From Betaproteobacteria bacterium (GTDB lineage: Bacteria; Pseudomonadota; Gammaproteobacteria; Burkholderiales; SG8-39), in contig VBBY01000001.1 of the NCBI GenBank assembly GCA_005881595.1, forward strand, positions 12,515-76,514: 64,000 bases of DNA, in the 5' to 3' direction. Numbering within the stretch: position 1 is the stretch's first letter; each line of letters opens with the position of its first letter. A program made the position numbers and the translations under genes. Positions 30,662 through 44,459 of the stretch are shown here, piece by piece. The notes under the pieces are model-generated. The model did no database searches. It worked only from the letters and a program-made list of their open reading frames with translations, and had not been told where the DNA came from.

Positions 30662-31522
30662 TCAGCGTTTCCTGGAATGCCGGCCCGCCCAATCCCTCGC
30701 GAACTGGTAAGCCACGCGGCCGCTTCTCGAGCCGCGCTGCAGCGCCCATTGGAGCCCCTCTTCGCGCGCCGCGTCCATCTCCCTCGCGCCGCAGCCGAAC
30801 GTCTTCAGCCAATGCGCAACGATGTCGAGGTACTCGTCCTGGTCGAAGGGATAGAACGTGACCCACAGTCCGAAGCGCTCGGAGAGCGAAATCTTCTCCT
30901 CTACCGTCTCGCCTGGATGGATTTCCTCTCCGACATACTTGGTCTCGAGGTTTTCCCCCATGTACTCGGGCATCAGGTGGCGGCGGTTCGACGTCGCATA
31001 GATGAGCAGGTTCTCCGAGGTGGTCGAGATCGAGCCGTCTAGCGCCACCTTCAGCGCGATGTACCCGTCCTCGGCGCCGTGGAAGCTCAGATCGTCGCAG
31101 AACAGGAGGAAACGCTCGACGCGGGAGGCGATGCGATCGACGATATGCGGCAGATCGACCAGGTCGTTTTTCTCCACCTCGATGAGGCGCAGGCCCTGCT
31201 TGCTGTACTTGTCGAGCAGGCCTTTCACGATCGACGACTTGCCGGTGCCGCGCGCGCCGGTCAGAAGCACGTTGTTGGCGGGCTTGCCGTCGATAAACTG
31301 CCGCGTGTTCTGCTCTACGCGCTCGATCTGCCGGTCGATGCCGCGCAGGTCGGCGAGCCGGATCTGGTGCACGTGCCGCACCGGCTGCAGCCAGCCGGGC
31401 GCGCCGCGCCGGCCGCTCGAGCGCCAGCGATACGCGACACTCGCCGCCCAATCGGTCGGCGCGGGAGGCGCGGGCAGGAGCTGCTCGAGGCGCTCGAGAA
31501 TCTTCTCTAGTTCGCTGCTCAC
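30662..31522 (-). CDS. DUF815-family ATP-binding protein (AAA-like)
   Basis: 286 aa. ..LADLRGIDRQIERVEQNTRQFIDGKPANNVLLTGARGTGKSSIVKGLL.. contains Walker A. LLFCDDLSF is Walker B-like. Confidence 0.8.
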   Translation of the reverse strand: MSSELEKILERLEQLLPAPPAPTDWAASVAYRWRSSGRRGAPGWLQPVRHVHQIRLADLRGIDRQIERVEQNTRQFIDGKPANNVLLTGARGTGKSSIVKGLLDKYSKQGLRLIEVEKNDLVDLPHIVDRIASRVERFLLFCDDLSFHGAEDGYIALKVALDGSISTTSENLLIYATSNRRHLMPEYMGENLETKYVGEEIHPGETVEEKISLSERFGLWVTFYPFDQDEYLDIVAHWLKTFGCGAREMDAAREEGLQWALQRGSRSGRVAYQFARDWAGRHSRKR

Positions 31523-31532
31523 GTGATCGGGG

Positions 31533-32734
31533 TCAGGTCCGGTATTCGGCGTTGATTTTCACGTAGTCGAAGGAAAGGTCGCAAGTCCAGAGCGTGGCGG
31601 CCGCCTTGCCGCGATTCACCACCGCGCGCACCGTGAATTCCGGTTTTTTCATTACCGCCACGCCCTGCTCCTCGCGATATGCGGGATGGCGGCTGCCCCC
31701 CGCGGCAACGAGCACGTCGTCGAGATAAAGATCTATTTTGCCAGCCTCGACCGGCGCCCCCGAATTTCCGATCGCCGCCAGGATGCGGCCCAGGTTCGGA
31801 TCCGAGGCGAAAAATGCCGTCTTCACCAGCGGGGAATGGGCAATCGCGTACGCCACGCGCCGGCATTCCTCGACGCTGCGGCCGCGGTCGATCCGTATCG
31901 TGACGAACTTGGTCGCGCCTTCTGCGTCGCGCACGATGGCCTGTGCAAGTTGCTGCGCAACCGCTGTGATCGCGACCTGCAGCTCCAGCAGGTCGCGCCC
32001 GGAGGACGCCTGAGGCCCCTGCCCCGTCGCCGCCACGACGAAAGAATCGTTCGTCGACGTGTCGCCGTCGACGGTCACGCAATTGAAGGATTGCTCCGCT
32101 GCCACGGTAACGACGCGCTCGAGCGCCTTGCGCGGCACGCCGGCGTCGGTGCATACGAAGGCGAGCAGCGTCGCCATGTCCGGGCGTATCATGCCCGCCC
32201 CTTTGGCAATGCCCGTCACCGTGGCTTCGCCCGTCGAAAGGCGGAGCTTGCGGGAAAAAGCCTTCGGCAGGGTATCGGTCGTCATGATCGCCTCGGCGGC
32301 CGACAGCCAGTCACCTTTGTCGAGCAGCGCCTTCGGCAGCGCCGCGGTGATACGCTCCGCCGGCAATGGCTCCATGATGACACCGGTGGAAAACGGCAGG
32401 ATCTCCCGCGGCTCGCAGCCGAGGTGGTGCGCGAGCGCCTCGCAGACCTGCAGCGCGCGCTGCAATCCCTCGGCTCCGGTCCCGGCATTGGCGTTGCCGG
32501 TGTTGACCACCAGGGCACGCACCGCGTTGCGCAGGTGCCTCTTGGCGATGACGACCGGCGCCGCGCAAAAGCGGTTCTGCGTGAACACGGCCGCTACGGC
32601 CGAACCGGCTGCCAGCCGAATCACCAGCAGGTCCTTGCGGTTCGGCTTGCGCACCCCGGCCATCGCAACGCCGAGCTCGACGCCGCGAACGGGATGAAGC
32701 GACGCCGGGTCGGGCGGCGCTAGATTGACCGCCA

Positions 32735-32735
<1 letters not shown>
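31533..32735 (-). CDS. argJ: Bifunctional glutamate N-acetyltransferase / amino-acid acetyltransferase
   Basis: 400 aa. ..GAGMIRPDMATLLAFVCTDA.. is the autoproteolytic ATL site, and ..INAEYRT is the typical C-terminus. Confidence 0.93.
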
Positions 32736-35524
<2,789 letters not shown>

Positions 35525-35605
35525 GCACTCGGGGGCGAGGCGTTACAACCCCCGAAAAATACAGAATTTTATCACGCCCCGGAGCGGACCCCGAGGGCAG
35601 CGCCG

Positions 35606-36544
35606 CTACTGCGTGTGCGCTACGGCGTTGGAAAGAACGAGAAACTTCGCGGGGTTCTGCGCTGCGCCGCGGAAGCGCACTTCGAAATGCAGGTGCGGAC
35701 CGGTCGAGCGGCCGGTATTGCCCGTGAGGGCGATGCGGCGGCCGCGCTGCAGGACGTCGCCTTCCTTCACGAACAGCTTGGACAGGTGCGCATACCGCGT
35801 CACCAGATCGTTGCCGTGATCGATGTCGATGACGTAGCCGTACTGCGGGTGGAAGCCTGCAAACTGCACTACGCCCGCCGCGGCGTTGACGACCGGCGAG
35901 CCGGCGTCGGCGAGGAAGTCGATGCCTTCATGCATCGTCCACTGCCCGTTGAAAGGATCGATCCGCTTGCCGAATCCGGAGGCGTTGTATGGAGCGGCCA
36001 CGGGCAGCATGGTCGGCATGAGTTTCTTCTTCACTGCCTGCTCGAAGAGTTGCGCTTCCAGCACGCCGAGCATGTCATTGCGGCTTTCCACCTCCCGCGA
36101 GAGCGTAAGCAGCTTCTCGTTGAAGTCGGCGAGGGAAAGATTCTGCGGCGGCATGAGCGTGGGGGCGGCGCCGCCGAGTCCGGGAGCCTCGGAGAGGCGG
36201 AACTCCTGCGGCCGCACTCCCGCGAGCGAGGAAAGACGCTCGCCGAGAGCATCCAGGCGCGTGAGCTGGGCCTGCATTTCTCCGAGCTTGACTGCCATCG
36301 CGTTCAGGTTTTGCTGCACGAAGCTGCGCACCCGCTCCGCCTCGGATTCCTGAGCGGCGAGCACCAGTTGTTGCAGCACCGGAATGCGCAGCTCCGCCGC
36401 GTAGCGCAGCGAGATCCAGTAAAGCGCAGCGGTCCCGGCGAAGAGCAAAGCGACGGCGAGGAGCGCGCTGCCCACCAGGTGGCGCAGCGAAAGCGTCACT
36501 GACCGTGCCTTGGCCAGACGGTCAGAGATCAGGATAATCTGCAC
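35606..36544 (-). CDS. M23 family metallopeptidase with an N-terminal TM helix and coiled coil
   Basis: ORF 35606..36772 from the GTG at residue 77 (VQIILISDRLAKARSVTLSLRHLVGSALLAVALLF...). The C-terminal region has HEGIDFLADAGSPV...GNTGRSTGPHLHFEV (LytM/M23 motifs). Confidence 0.8.
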   Translation of the reverse strand: MQIILISDRLAKARSVTLSLRHLVGSALLAVALLFAGTAALYWISLRYAAELRIPVLQQLVLAAQESEAERVRSFVQQNLNAMAVKLGEMQAQLTRLDALGERLSSLAGVRPQEFRLSEAPGLGGAAPTLMPPQNLSLADFNEKLLTLSREVESRNDMLGVLEAQLFEQAVKKKLMPTMLPVAAPYNASGFGKRIDPFNGQWTMHEGIDFLADAGSPVVNAAAGVVQFAGFHPQYGYVIDIDHGNDLVTRYAHLSKLFVKEGDVLQRGRRIALTGNTGRSTGPHLHFEVRFRGAAQNPAKFLVLSNAVAHTQ

Positions 36545-36572
36545 GACTCTCCCTTCCGAGCACGCTACTCCC

Positions 36573-37085
36573 GTGCGACTTCCCAGACTCGACCGCATTC
36601 TTGCGGCCGAGGGTGAATTGCAACCCGTCCTCGCGAAAGCGCGAGACATTCGCGCGCTCGCCGGGCTCGTTACCGACTTCCTCCCGTTGGACCTGGCGCG
36701 CCAGGCCCGCGTAGCCAACTTCAGGGACGGAGAGGTGATCCTCGTCGCCGCAAATTCAGCGGCTGCGGCCAAGCTCAGATTGCTGGCTCCATCCCTGTGC
36801 CGCTACTTGTCCGAGCGGCGCTGGCAGGTTAATTCAGTTTCAGTGAGGGTGCAACCAAACAGGACAACTAAGGACGGTGTTGCGTCGCAAAAAAGTGCGC
36901 ATTTATCCACACGTACGCTCGATTCCTTGCGGAATCTCTACGAAAGCATGACAGATTCCCCAGCGCGCGAAGCGCTGCGGAAGCTTCTGCAGCGGCGCGG
37001 AGCAACCCGCCCTACAGCCCCTGCAGGAGCCGCTCCCCAAGAAAGAGCAGCAGGATCAGCAAGACCACGAAAACCGCGACCCTGA
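36573..37085 (+). CDS. dciA: DUF721 / DciA-family protein (putative replicative helicase operator)
   Basis: ORF 36510..37085; the start is tentatively the GTG at residue 22. ..ARVANFRDGEVILVAANSAAAAKLRLLAPSLCRYLSERRWQVNSVSVRVQP is the DUF721 core. The last ~25 codons have low GC3 and overlap a convergent gene. Confidence 0.65.
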   Translation: MRLPRLDRILAAEGELQPVLAKARDIRALAGLVTDFLPLDLARQARVANFRDGEVILVAANSAAAAKLRLLAPSLCRYLSERRWQVNSVSVRVQPNRTTKDGVASQKSAHLSTRTLDSLRNLYESMTDSPAREALRKLLQRRGATRPTAPAGAAPQERAAGSARPRKPRP

Positions 37086-37197
37086 AAATCCGCCAGGCCA
37101 GCGTCAGCCATTTGCGCTCGCCGGTCATGAGCCACAGCAGCACCGAGGTGCCGAGCGCGATCGCGGTCAGCAATCCGATGATGCGGACCAGCAGCAC
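37012..37197 (-). CDS. Small two-TM membrane protein (61 aa) translationally abutting lpxC
   Basis: MLLVRIIGLLTAIALGTSVLLWLMTGERKWLTLAWRIFRVAVFVVLLILLLFLGERLLQGL. GC3 is high. The GTG start directly follows the lpxC TAG. Confidence 0.55.
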   Translation of the reverse strand: MLLVRIIGLLTAIALGTSVLLWLMTGERKWLTLAWRIFRVAVFVVLLILLLFLGERLLQGL

Positions 37198-38112
37198 CTA
37201 GGCGAATTGGGCGACGAGCCGGGCGACGCCGGCGGGCGCTTCCTCTGCGCGCTCGAAGGTTACCGTTTCCAGCGCGGCGCTGTCCGCGAGCAGCGCGCGT
37301 AGCAGCCTGTTATTGAGCGAGTGGCCCGACTTGTGCGCGCTGAAGGCGCCAAGCAGCGGCCGACCGAGGAGGTACAGGTCGCCAATCGCATCGAGCAGCT
37401 TGTGGCGGATGAATTCGTCGGCGAAGCGCAGGCCGTCGCTGTTGAGGACCCGGTATTCGTCCAACACCAGCGCGTTGTCAAGGCCGCCGCCCAGCGCGAG
37501 CCCGCTTTCGCGCAGGTCTTCGACTTCGTGCATGAAGCCGAAAGTGCGCGCCCGCGCGATCTCTTTCAGGTACGACGTCTCGGCGAAGTCCACGGCAACC
37601 GACTGCGTCGAGCGCTCGATCACCGGGTGCTTGAACTCGATCGAGAACGCGAGCTTGTAGCCGTCGTAGGGCTCGAGCCGCGCCCATTTGTCGCCATCCT
37701 TGACTTCAACCCGCCGCGTGACGCGCAAAAAGCGCTTCGGCGCCCCCTGCTCCGTAATGCCGGCCTGCTGCACCAGAAGGACGAACGGCGCGGCGCTGCC
37801 GTCCATGATCGGCACCTCGGGCGCGTCCAGGTCGACGTAGGCGTTGTCGACGCCAAGGCCGCCAAGCGCGGACATCAGGTGCTCGACGGTGTAGATCTTG
37901 ACTCCTTCGCGCACCAGGCACGAGGAAAGCCTCGTTTCGCCCACTAGGTCTGCTCGTGCCGGAATGTCGACCGGCGACCTCAGGTCGACGCGCCGGAAAA
38001 CAATGCCGCTGTCGGCCGGCGCCTGGCGCAGCGTCATCCGCACCTTCTGGCCGGTGTGCAAACCGACGCCGGAGGCGCTGACGAGGGATTTCAGAGTGCG
38101 TTGGCGAAACAT
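37198..38112 (-). CDS. lpxC: UDP-3-O-acyl-N-acetylglucosamine deacetylase
   Basis: 304 aa. MFRQRTLKS...GVGLHTG...TVEHLMSAL...[10 protein letters not shown] is present. Confidence 0.95.
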   Translation of the reverse strand: MFRQRTLKSLVSASGVGLHTGQKVRMTLRQAPADSGIVFRRVDLRSPVDIPARADLVGETRLSSCLVREGVKIYTVEHLMSALGGLGVDNAYVDLDAPEVPIMDGSAAPFVLLVQQAGITEQGAPKRFLRVTRRVEVKDGDKWARLEPYDGYKLAFSIEFKHPVIERSTQSVAVDFAETSYLKEIARARTFGFMHEVEDLRESGLALGGGLDNALVLDEYRVLNSDGLRFADEFIRHKLLDAIGDLYLLGRPLLGAFSAHKSGHSLNNRLLRALLADSAALETVTFERAEEAPAGVARLVAQFA

Positions 38113-38152
38113 GCGAGCAGCGGATTGTAACGGAACCGACAGCCAGGAAGGC

Positions 38153-39313
38153 CTAGTCGGCCTGCTTGCGCAAAAAAGCCGGGATGTCGTACTTGTCTAC
38201 ACCCGACTGCTGCAGCGCTTCGACCGTCGAAGCGCGGTTGCGGCGGATGACCGCCGGCACCTGGTCCAGCCGATTGTAGTCCACCGCGCCGCCGACCGGC
38301 ATGTTGTCAGTTCCGGTCTTTTGCGAGTGCACGAGCTGGGGCTTGGGCTGGCGCGCTGCCGCCGTCAGTCCAAGGCCGGTGGCGACCACCGTGACGCGCA
38401 GGTTGTCGGCCAGAGCATCGTCGTACACGCCGCCATAGATGATCGTGGCGTCCTCCGCGGCAAAGGTGCGGATGATGTTCATCACCTCCTTGGTCTCGCG
38501 CAGCTTGAGGCTGGGGCGCGAGGCGGTGATATTCACCAGGACCCCGCGCGCGCCGGCCAGGTTGACGCCCTCGAGCAACGGGCAGGCAATCGCCTGCTCC
38601 GCGGCGATGCGGGCCCGGTCGATGCCGCTTGCTACCGCCGAGCCCATCATCGCCATGCCCTGCTCCGACATGACGGTGCGCACGTCCTGGAAGTCGACGT
38701 TCACCAATCCGGGCAGATTGATGATCTCGGCGATCCCGGCGACCGCGTTGTTGAGCACGTCGTCGGCGGCCTTGAATGCGTCTTCCTGCGTCACGTCCTC
38801 GCCGAGCACCTCCTCGAGCTTGTCGTTGAGGATGACGATCAGCGAATCGACGTGCGGCGCAAGTTCCTCCAGGCCCTGCTCGGCGGTCTTCATGCGCTTG
38901 GAGCCCTCGAAGGTAAACGGCTTGGTCACCACCGCGACCGTGAGAATGCCAAGCGAGCGCGCTACCTCGGCGATGACGGGCGCTGCGCCAGTGCCGGTGC
39001 CGCCGCCCATGCCGGCGGTGATGAACACCATGTGCGCGCCGGCAACTGCCTCCTCCAGGCGCTCGCGCTCGGCAACCGCGACCGCGCGCGCTTCCTCGGG
39101 CCTGGCGCCCGACCCGAGCCCGCTCGTGCCGAGCTGGATCTGGTTGCGCGACCTGTTGCGCGACAGCACCTGCGCGTCGGTATTGATGGCGATGAACTCG
39201 ACGCCCTCCACGCCCTGCTCGATCATGTGATTGACGGCGTTGCCGCCCGCGCCGCCAACTCCGATCACCTTGATGATCGGCCCTGTTGCCTGGCTGTCTA
39301 CGATCTCGAACAT
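38153..39313 (-). CDS. ftsZ: Cell division protein FtsZ
   Basis: ORF 38153..39361 from Met17 (MFEIVDSQ..., RBS AAGGAGA). [13 protein letters not shown] and the tubulin signature GGGTGTG are present. Confidence 0.97.
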   Translation of the reverse strand: MFEIVDSQATGPIIKVIGVGGAGGNAVNHMIEQGVEGVEFIAINTDAQVLSRNRSRNQIQLGTSGLGSGARPEEARAVAVAERERLEEAVAGAHMVFITAGMGGGTGTGAAPVIAEVARSLGILTVAVVTKPFTFEGSKRMKTAEQGLEELAPHVDSLIVILNDKLEEVLGEDVTQEDAFKAADDVLNNAVAGIAEIINLPGLVNVDFQDVRTVMSEQGMAMMGSAVASGIDRARIAAEQAIACPLLEGVNLAGARGVLVNITASRPSLKLRETKEVMNIIRTFAAEDATIIYGGVYDDALADNLRVTVVATGLGLTAAARQPKPQLVHSQKTGTDNMPVGGAVDYNRLDQVPAVIRRNRASTVEALQQSGVDKYDIPAFLRKQAD

Positions 39314-39339
39314 GTTGTTTTCTCCTTGCCGTTGGGACA

Positions 39340-40569
39340 TCAAAAGTTTCTTTGAAACCACTCCCTCATCCTCGCCAGCGCGGCTCGGAAAGAGCCGCTC
39401 TGGCGCGAAAGCTGCCCGTGCTGCACCTGCGCCACGCCTTCCACCACCAGTCCCACCGCGGTGGCGAAGCGCGCGTTGCGCACCACCTCGGCGAGGCCGC
39501 CGGTGTAGCGCGGCACGCCCACGCGCACCGGCATGTGGAAGATCTCCTCGCCGAGCTCGACCATGCCCTGCATTACCGAGGAGCCTCCGGTGAGCACCAC
39601 TCCCGAGGACAGCAGCTCCTCGAATCCCGACTCGCGCAGCACCTGCTGCACCAGCGAGAACAGCTCCTCCACCCGCGGCTCGATCACTTCCGCCAGCGTC
39701 TGCCGCGACATCGAGCGCGGCGCGCGTTCGCCGATGCCCGGCACCTCGATCATGTCGTTCGCGTTCGCAAGCTGGCGCAGCGCCACGCCGTGCCGGATCT
39801 TGATGTTCTCGGCATCCGGCGTCGGCGTACGCAGTGCCATCGCTATATCGTTGGTGATCTGGTCGCCGGCGATCGGGATCACCGCCGTATGGCGGATCGC
39901 GCCGTGCGTGAACACGGCGATGTCGGTCGTGCCGCCGCCGATGTCGAGCAGACAGACGCCCAGGTCCTTCTCATCCTCCGACAGCACCGCGCGCGACGAG
40001 GCGAGCGGCTGCAGGATCAGGTCGTTCACTTCAAGCCCGCAGCGCCGCACGCATTTGACGACGTTCTGCGCCGCCGACACGGCGCCGGTGACGATGTGCA
40101 CCTTCACTTCCAGGCGGACTCCCGACATGCCGATCGGCTCGCGCACGTCCTCCTGGCCGTCGATGATGAATTCCTGCCGCAGCACGTGCAGGATCTGCTG
40201 GTCGGTCGGGATATTGACCGCCCGCGCGGTATCGATCGCGCGCTCGACGTCGAGCGCGCTCACCTCGCGATCCTTGATCGCGACCATTCCGGTGGAATTG
40301 AAGCTGCGGATGTGGCTGCCGGCGATGCCGACGAACGCCGAGCTGATCTTGCAGTCCGCCATCAGCTCGGCCTCCTCGAGGGCGCGCTGGATCGCGCCGA
40401 CGGTGGCCTCGATGTTCACCACCACGCCTTTCTTCAGGCCTTTCGACTCGTGGCCTCCCATGCCCAGGATCTCGAGCGAGGCATCGGGGCGCAGCTCCGC
40501 GACGAGGCAAGCCACTTTGGAGGTTCCGACATCGAGCGCCACGATGAGGTTCTTGTTGTCTTTCGGCAT
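39340..40569 (-). CDS. ftsA: Cell division protein FtsA
   Basis: 409 aa. LIVALDVGTSKV... and DIGGGTTDIAVF show the actin-like fold. Confidence 0.95.
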   Translation of the reverse strand: MPKDNKNLIVALDVGTSKVACLVAELRPDASLEILGMGGHESKGLKKGVVVNIEATVGAIQRALEEAELMADCKISSAFVGIAGSHIRSFNSTGMVAIKDREVSALDVERAIDTARAVNIPTDQQILHVLRQEFIIDGQEDVREPIGMSGVRLEVKVHIVTGAVSAAQNVVKCVRRCGLEVNDLILQPLASSRAVLSEDEKDLGVCLLDIGGGTTDIAVFTHGAIRHTAVIPIAGDQITNDIAMALRTPTPDAENIKIRHGVALRQLANANDMIEVPGIGERAPRSMSRQTLAEVIEPRVEELFSLVQQVLRESGFEELLSSGVVLTGGSSVMQGMVELGEEIFHMPVRVGVPRYTGGLAEVVRNARFATAVGLVVEGVAQVQHGQLSRQSGSFRAALARMREWFQRNF

Positions 40570-40575
40570 CGGCCC

Positions 40576-41286
40576 TCAGCCCCTCAGCTCCGGCGTCCGC
40601 AACGCGAAGCCGTTCGGGTAACGCAGGTCGACGTAGGCATGACGGCGCTCGATCCTGCCGAGCGTCTCGGGATAAGCGGCGACGAAGCGCGCGAGCCGGT
40701 GCTCGGCGGAGTCCGCGTCGCGCCCGAGCATGATGTTCAGGCCGCTGGCGAGCCGGAGCTGCCATGCGTAACGCGGCGTGAGCACGACGCGCTCGAGACT
40801 GGTGCCCAGCGGCGCCACCAGGCTGGCAAAATGCGCGTAGCGCCTCGCCACTTCCTGCTCGGTCCCGGCGGGCCCGAGGAACGCCGGCAGCAGCGCCTGG
40901 CTGCGCCCGCTGAAACGTTCGCCGTAGGTGTTGACCAGCGCCTCGTCGCCCCAGCGCGCGAGCGCAACATGCTCCTCCACGGAAACCTCGATCCGGTCGG
41001 GCCAGACGCGGCGCACCGTGACGCGCCTGACCCATGGCAGCTGCTCGATGGCGGCCCGAATGGCGGACAGATCGACGGCGAAGAAATTGCCGGCGATGCT
41101 GCCGCGCACGGCCGCCTCGATCTGCTGCCGGGTGGCGTGCTTCAGGCCGTGATCGACCTCCAATTCCCTGATCGGAAACAGCGGCGAGTGAACGAGGAAC
41201 TGCAATCCCGCGAACGCGAACAGGAGCGCGGCGACGATCACCAGCAGCCCGGCCGCCGAGTTGAGCAGCCGCGGGTTATCCCACAT
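40576..41286 (-). CDS. ftsQ: Cell division protein FtsQ
   Basis: 236 aa. It has an N-terminal TM helix and a POTRA segment (..[24 protein letters not shown]..), in the dcw position. Confidence 0.85.
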   Translation of the reverse strand: MWDNPRLLNSAAGLLVIVAALLFAFAGLQFLVHSPLFPIRELEVDHGLKHATRQQIEAAVRGSIAGNFFAVDLSAIRAAIEQLPWVRRVTVRRVWPDRIEVSVEEHVALARWGDEALVNTYGERFSGRSQALLPAFLGPAGTEQEVARRYAHFASLVAPLGTSLERVVLTPRYAWQLRLASGLNIMLGRDADSAEHRLARFVAAYPETLGRIERRHAYVDLRYPNGFALRTPELRG

Positions 41287-42184
41287 GCGCGGCCTCCAGG
41301 ATTCTCAGGCACAGGTCCTCGTACGACATGCCCACGGCGCGCGCCGCCTTCGGCACCAGCGAATGGTCGGTCATTCCGGGCACCGTGTTGACTTCCAGCA
41401 CGAACGGTCGGCCCTGGCGGTTGAGCATCAGATCGACCCGCCCCCAGCCCCTGCAGCCGACCGCGCGGAATGCCTTCAGGCACAGGGCTTGCATGTCACG
41501 CTCGCGCCCCGCGGACAGGCCGCAGGGCACGATATAGCGCGTGTCGTCGGCGATGTACTTGGCCTCGTAGTCGTAGAAGTCCCGCGGCGTCTCGATCTTG
41601 ATGAGCGGAAGCACCTGATCGCCGAGGATGCCGGCGGTCAGCTCGGTGCCGTCGATGAACTTCTCGGCAATCACGACGCGGTCGTAATTCACCGCGAGCG
41701 CATAAGCCTCGTCCAACCGGGCTGCGGAGCGCACCTTCGACATTCCGATCGAGGAACCTTCGCTCGCCGGCTTGACCATCAACGGTACTCCCAGCTTGCG
41801 AGCTACCGCGCGCAGATCCGAATCCTTGGTCAGCACGGCGTACGGCGGTGTCGGCAGCCCTTCCGCGTGCCACAGCAGCTTGGTGCGCAGCTTGTCCATG
41901 GCGAGCGCCGAGGCGAGCACCCCGCTGCCCGTGTACGGGATGCCGAGCCATTCGAGCACGCCCTGCACCGTGCCATCCTCGCCGAAACGCCCGTGCAGGG
42001 CGATGAAGGCTCGCTCGAAGCGCTCGCCGATCAGCGCATCGAGGCCGCGCTCGGCAGGATCGAACGGCAGCGCGTCGACGCCGCGGCTGCGCAGGGCATT
42101 CAGCACCATGCCGCCGCTCTTCAGCGAAACCTCGCGCTCCGCCGATTTGCCACCGAGGAGAACGGCGACTTTTCCGAAGTTCAC
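41276..42184 (-). CDS. ddl: D-alanine--D-alanine ligase
   Basis: ORF 41276..42271 from the GTG at residue 30 ([24 protein letters not shown]...). This GTG overlaps the murB stop as GTGA. Confidence 0.93.
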   Translation of the reverse strand: MNFGKVAVLLGGKSAEREVSLKSGGMVLNALRSRGVDALPFDPAERGLDALIGERFERAFIALHGRFGEDGTVQGVLEWLGIPYTGSGVLASALAMDKLRTKLLWHAEGLPTPPYAVLTKDSDLRAVARKLGVPLMVKPASEGSSIGMSKVRSAARLDEAYALAVNYDRVVIAEKFIDGTELTAGILGDQVLPLIKIETPRDFYDYEAKYIADDTRYIVPCGLSAGRERDMQALCLKAFRAVGCRGWGRVDLMLNRQGRPFVLEVNTVPGMTDHSLVPKAARAVGMSYEDLCLRILEAAHVG

Positions 42185-43086
42185 GCCGCCTCCCCGACGA
42201 TGCGGACTTCCGGCACCAGCTCGACGCCCTGCTTCTGCAGAACCCGTTGCCTGACCTGCCCGATCAGCCACTCGATGTCCGCGGCGCTGGCCGTTCCATC
42301 GGGATTGACGATGAAGTTCGCATGCTTCTCGGACACGCGCGCGCCGCCGCGCGATAGGCCCTTCAGCCCGCAGGACTCAATCAGGTGCGCGGCGTGGTCG
42401 TGCGGCGGGTTCCTGAAAACGCTCCCCGCGTTGGGCAGTGAAAGCGGCTGCGTCGCGATGCGGCGCGCCAGCAGCTCCTTGATCTTGGCGCGCGACGCTT
42501 CGCCATCGCCGCTTTCGAGCTCGAACCAAGCGGCAGCAAACCATTCCACCTGCGGCAGGGCGCAATGCCGGTAGCCGATCTCGAACTCAGGCTTGCGCCG
42601 GGTGTGGAAGGCGCCTTCTCGGTCCACAGTGAGGACCTGCTCGACGATGTCCCAGGTTTCGGCGCCGTAGCAGCCGGCATTCATCGCCAGCGCCCCGCCG
42701 ACGGTGCCGGGAACGCCGGCAAGAAATTCGGCACCCTGACGGGCATGCATTGCCGCAAAACGCGCCACTTTGGGAGCGGCCACCCAGGCTTCTGCGTAAA
42801 TGCGGCCATCGCGCAGCTCCGGACGCCGCGTAGCGGCATGCATCAGGATCACCGTCCCCGGGAATCCGCCGTCGCGCACCAGCAGGTTGCTGCCAAGGCC
42901 GACGAACAGCGCGGGCTCCGCCGCCGGCAATTGGCGCAGGAAGGAAGCGAGGTCCGGCAGATCGGCCGGCACATAGAAGACTCGCGCGCGCCCGCCCGCC
43001 CGCCAGCTGACATGGCGCGACATCGGCTCATCGCGCCTGAGGTTGCCGCGCAATCCATGGAAATGCAGAGGTTCGGCCATGTTCAT
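42181..43086 (-). CDS. murB: UDP-N-acetylenolpyruvoylglucosamine reductase
   Basis: 301 aa. ..[15 protein letters not shown].. and ..GSVFRNP.. are present. It sits between murC and ddl. Confidence 0.9.
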   Translation of the reverse strand: MNMAEPLHFHGLRGNLRRDEPMSRHVSWRAGGRARVFYVPADLPDLASFLRQLPAAEPALFVGLGSNLLVRDGGFPGTVILMHAATRRPELRDGRIYAEAWVAAPKVARFAAMHARQGAEFLAGVPGTVGGALAMNAGCYGAETWDIVEQVLTVDREGAFHTRRKPEFEIGYRHCALPQVEWFAAAWFELESGDGEASRAKIKELLARRIATQPLSLPNAGSVFRNPPHDHAAHLIESCGLKGLSRGGARVSEKHANFIVNPDGTASAADIEWLIGQVRQRVLQKQGVELVPEVRIVGEAA

Positions 43087-44459
43087 GTCAGTTGCGCGGC
43101 GACGTTGCCGATCGAGCCGGCACCCATCGTGACGACGATGTCGCCGCTCTGCGCGACGCGCAGGATCGCCTGCGCCAGCGCGGTGAGGTCTTCCACAAAT
43201 ACGGGCTCGACCTTGCCGGCGACGCGCACGGCGCGCGCCAGCGAGCGGCCGTCTGCGGCAATGATTGGCGCCTCCCCGGCGGGATAAACCTCGGCGAGCA
43301 GCAGCGCGTCGGCGGTGGACAACACCTTTACAAAGTCCTCGAACAGGTCCCGCGTCCGCGTGTAGCGGTGCGGCTGGAACGCGAGGACGACGCGGCGCCC
43401 GGGGAAAGCGCCGCGCGCAGCCTCGAGCGTCGCGGTCATTTCCGCCGGATGATGAGCGTAGTCGTCCACCAGCGTGAATGAGCCGCCCCCGGAAAGCGCG
43501 ACTTCGCCGTAGCGCTGGAAGCGCCGGCCAACGCCGTGAAATTCGGCGAGCGCCTTCAGGATCGCCCGGTCCGCAACGCCGATCTCGGTGCCGACCGCGA
43601 TGGCCGCGAGCGCGTTGAGCACGTTGTGGCGCCCCGGCAGGTTGAGCGTGACCTCGAGCGCCGCGGCCTTGTCGCGGCGCGCTTTGAAGCGCATCCGGCC
43701 GGCGTCGTGCTCGATCGCTTCGGCGCGGACCGAAGCGTCGGCCGAGGTGCCGTACATGAGCACCGGCTTGGACACGAATGGCAGGATCTCGCGCACGTGC
43801 TGATCGTCGGCGCAGAGCACCGCGCTGCCATAGAAAGGCAGGTTCTGCAAGAACTGCACGAACGCCTGTCTCAGGCGTGCGAAGTCATGCTGATAGGTAT
43901 CCATGTGATCGGCATCGATGTTCGTGACCACCGCAAGCACCGGCTGCAAGTGCAGAAAAGAGGCGTCCGATTCGTCCGCCTCGACGACGATGAAATCGCC
44001 GCCGCCGAGCCGCGCGTGCGAACCGGCGGCAGTCAGGCGGCCGCCGATCACGAAAGTGGGATCAAGCCCGCCCTCCGCAAGCACGCTCGCCACGAGGCTG
44101 GTGGTGGTCGTCTTGCCGTGCGTCCCGGCGATGGCCACGCCTTGCTTTAGGCGCATCAGCTCGGCGAGCATGAGGGCGCGCGGCACGACCGGGATGCGCC
44201 GCGAGCGCGCCGCGATCACCTCCGGGTTGTCCGGCCGCACTGCGCTGGACACGACGAGCGCATCGGCGCCCTCCACATTCGCCGGCAGATGCTCGAAGCT
44301 CAGCCGCACGCCGAGCGACGAGAGCCTCTTGGTGGCGGTATTGACGGCGAGGTCCGAGCCGCTGACCTGGTAGCCGAGGTTGACCAGCACTTCGGCGATG
44401 CCCGACATGCCTGCGCCGCCGATGCCGACGAAATGGATCCGCCTGACCTTGTGCTTCAT
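43083..44459 (-). CDS. murC: UDP-N-acetylmuramate--L-alanine ligase
   Basis: 458 aa. [18 protein letters not shown] and [10 protein letters not shown] are present. Confidence 0.95.
   Translation of the reverse strand: MKHKVRRIHFVGIGGAGMSGIAEVLVNLGYQVSGSDLAVNTATKRLSSLGVRLSFEHLPANVEGADALVVSSAVRPDNPEVIAARSRRIPVVPRALMLAELMRLKQGVAIAGTHGKTTTTSLVASVLAEGGLDPTFVIGGRLTAAGSHARLGGGDFIVVEADESDASFLHLQPVLAVVTNIDADHMDTYQHDFARLRQAFVQFLQNLPFYGSAVLCADDQHVREILPFVSKPVLMYGTSADASVRAEAIEHDAGRMRFKARRDKAAALEVTLNLPGRHNVLNALAAIAVGTEIGVADRAILKALAEFHGVGRRFQRYGEVALSGGGSFTLVDDYAHHPAEMTATLEAARGAFPGRRVVLAFQPHRYTRTRDLFEDFVKVLSTADALLLAEVYPAGEAPIIAADGRSLARAVRVAGKVEPVFVEDLTALAQAILRVAQSGDIVVTMGAGSIGNVAAQLT

Noticed and set aside
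35525-35605. A possible secM-like leader or regulatory ORF upstream of secA.
   Set aside because: The 81-nt gap contains no ORF with an arrest-peptide-like sequence. I found only a weak CGGGGG/CCCCCG stem, so a call cannot be supported.
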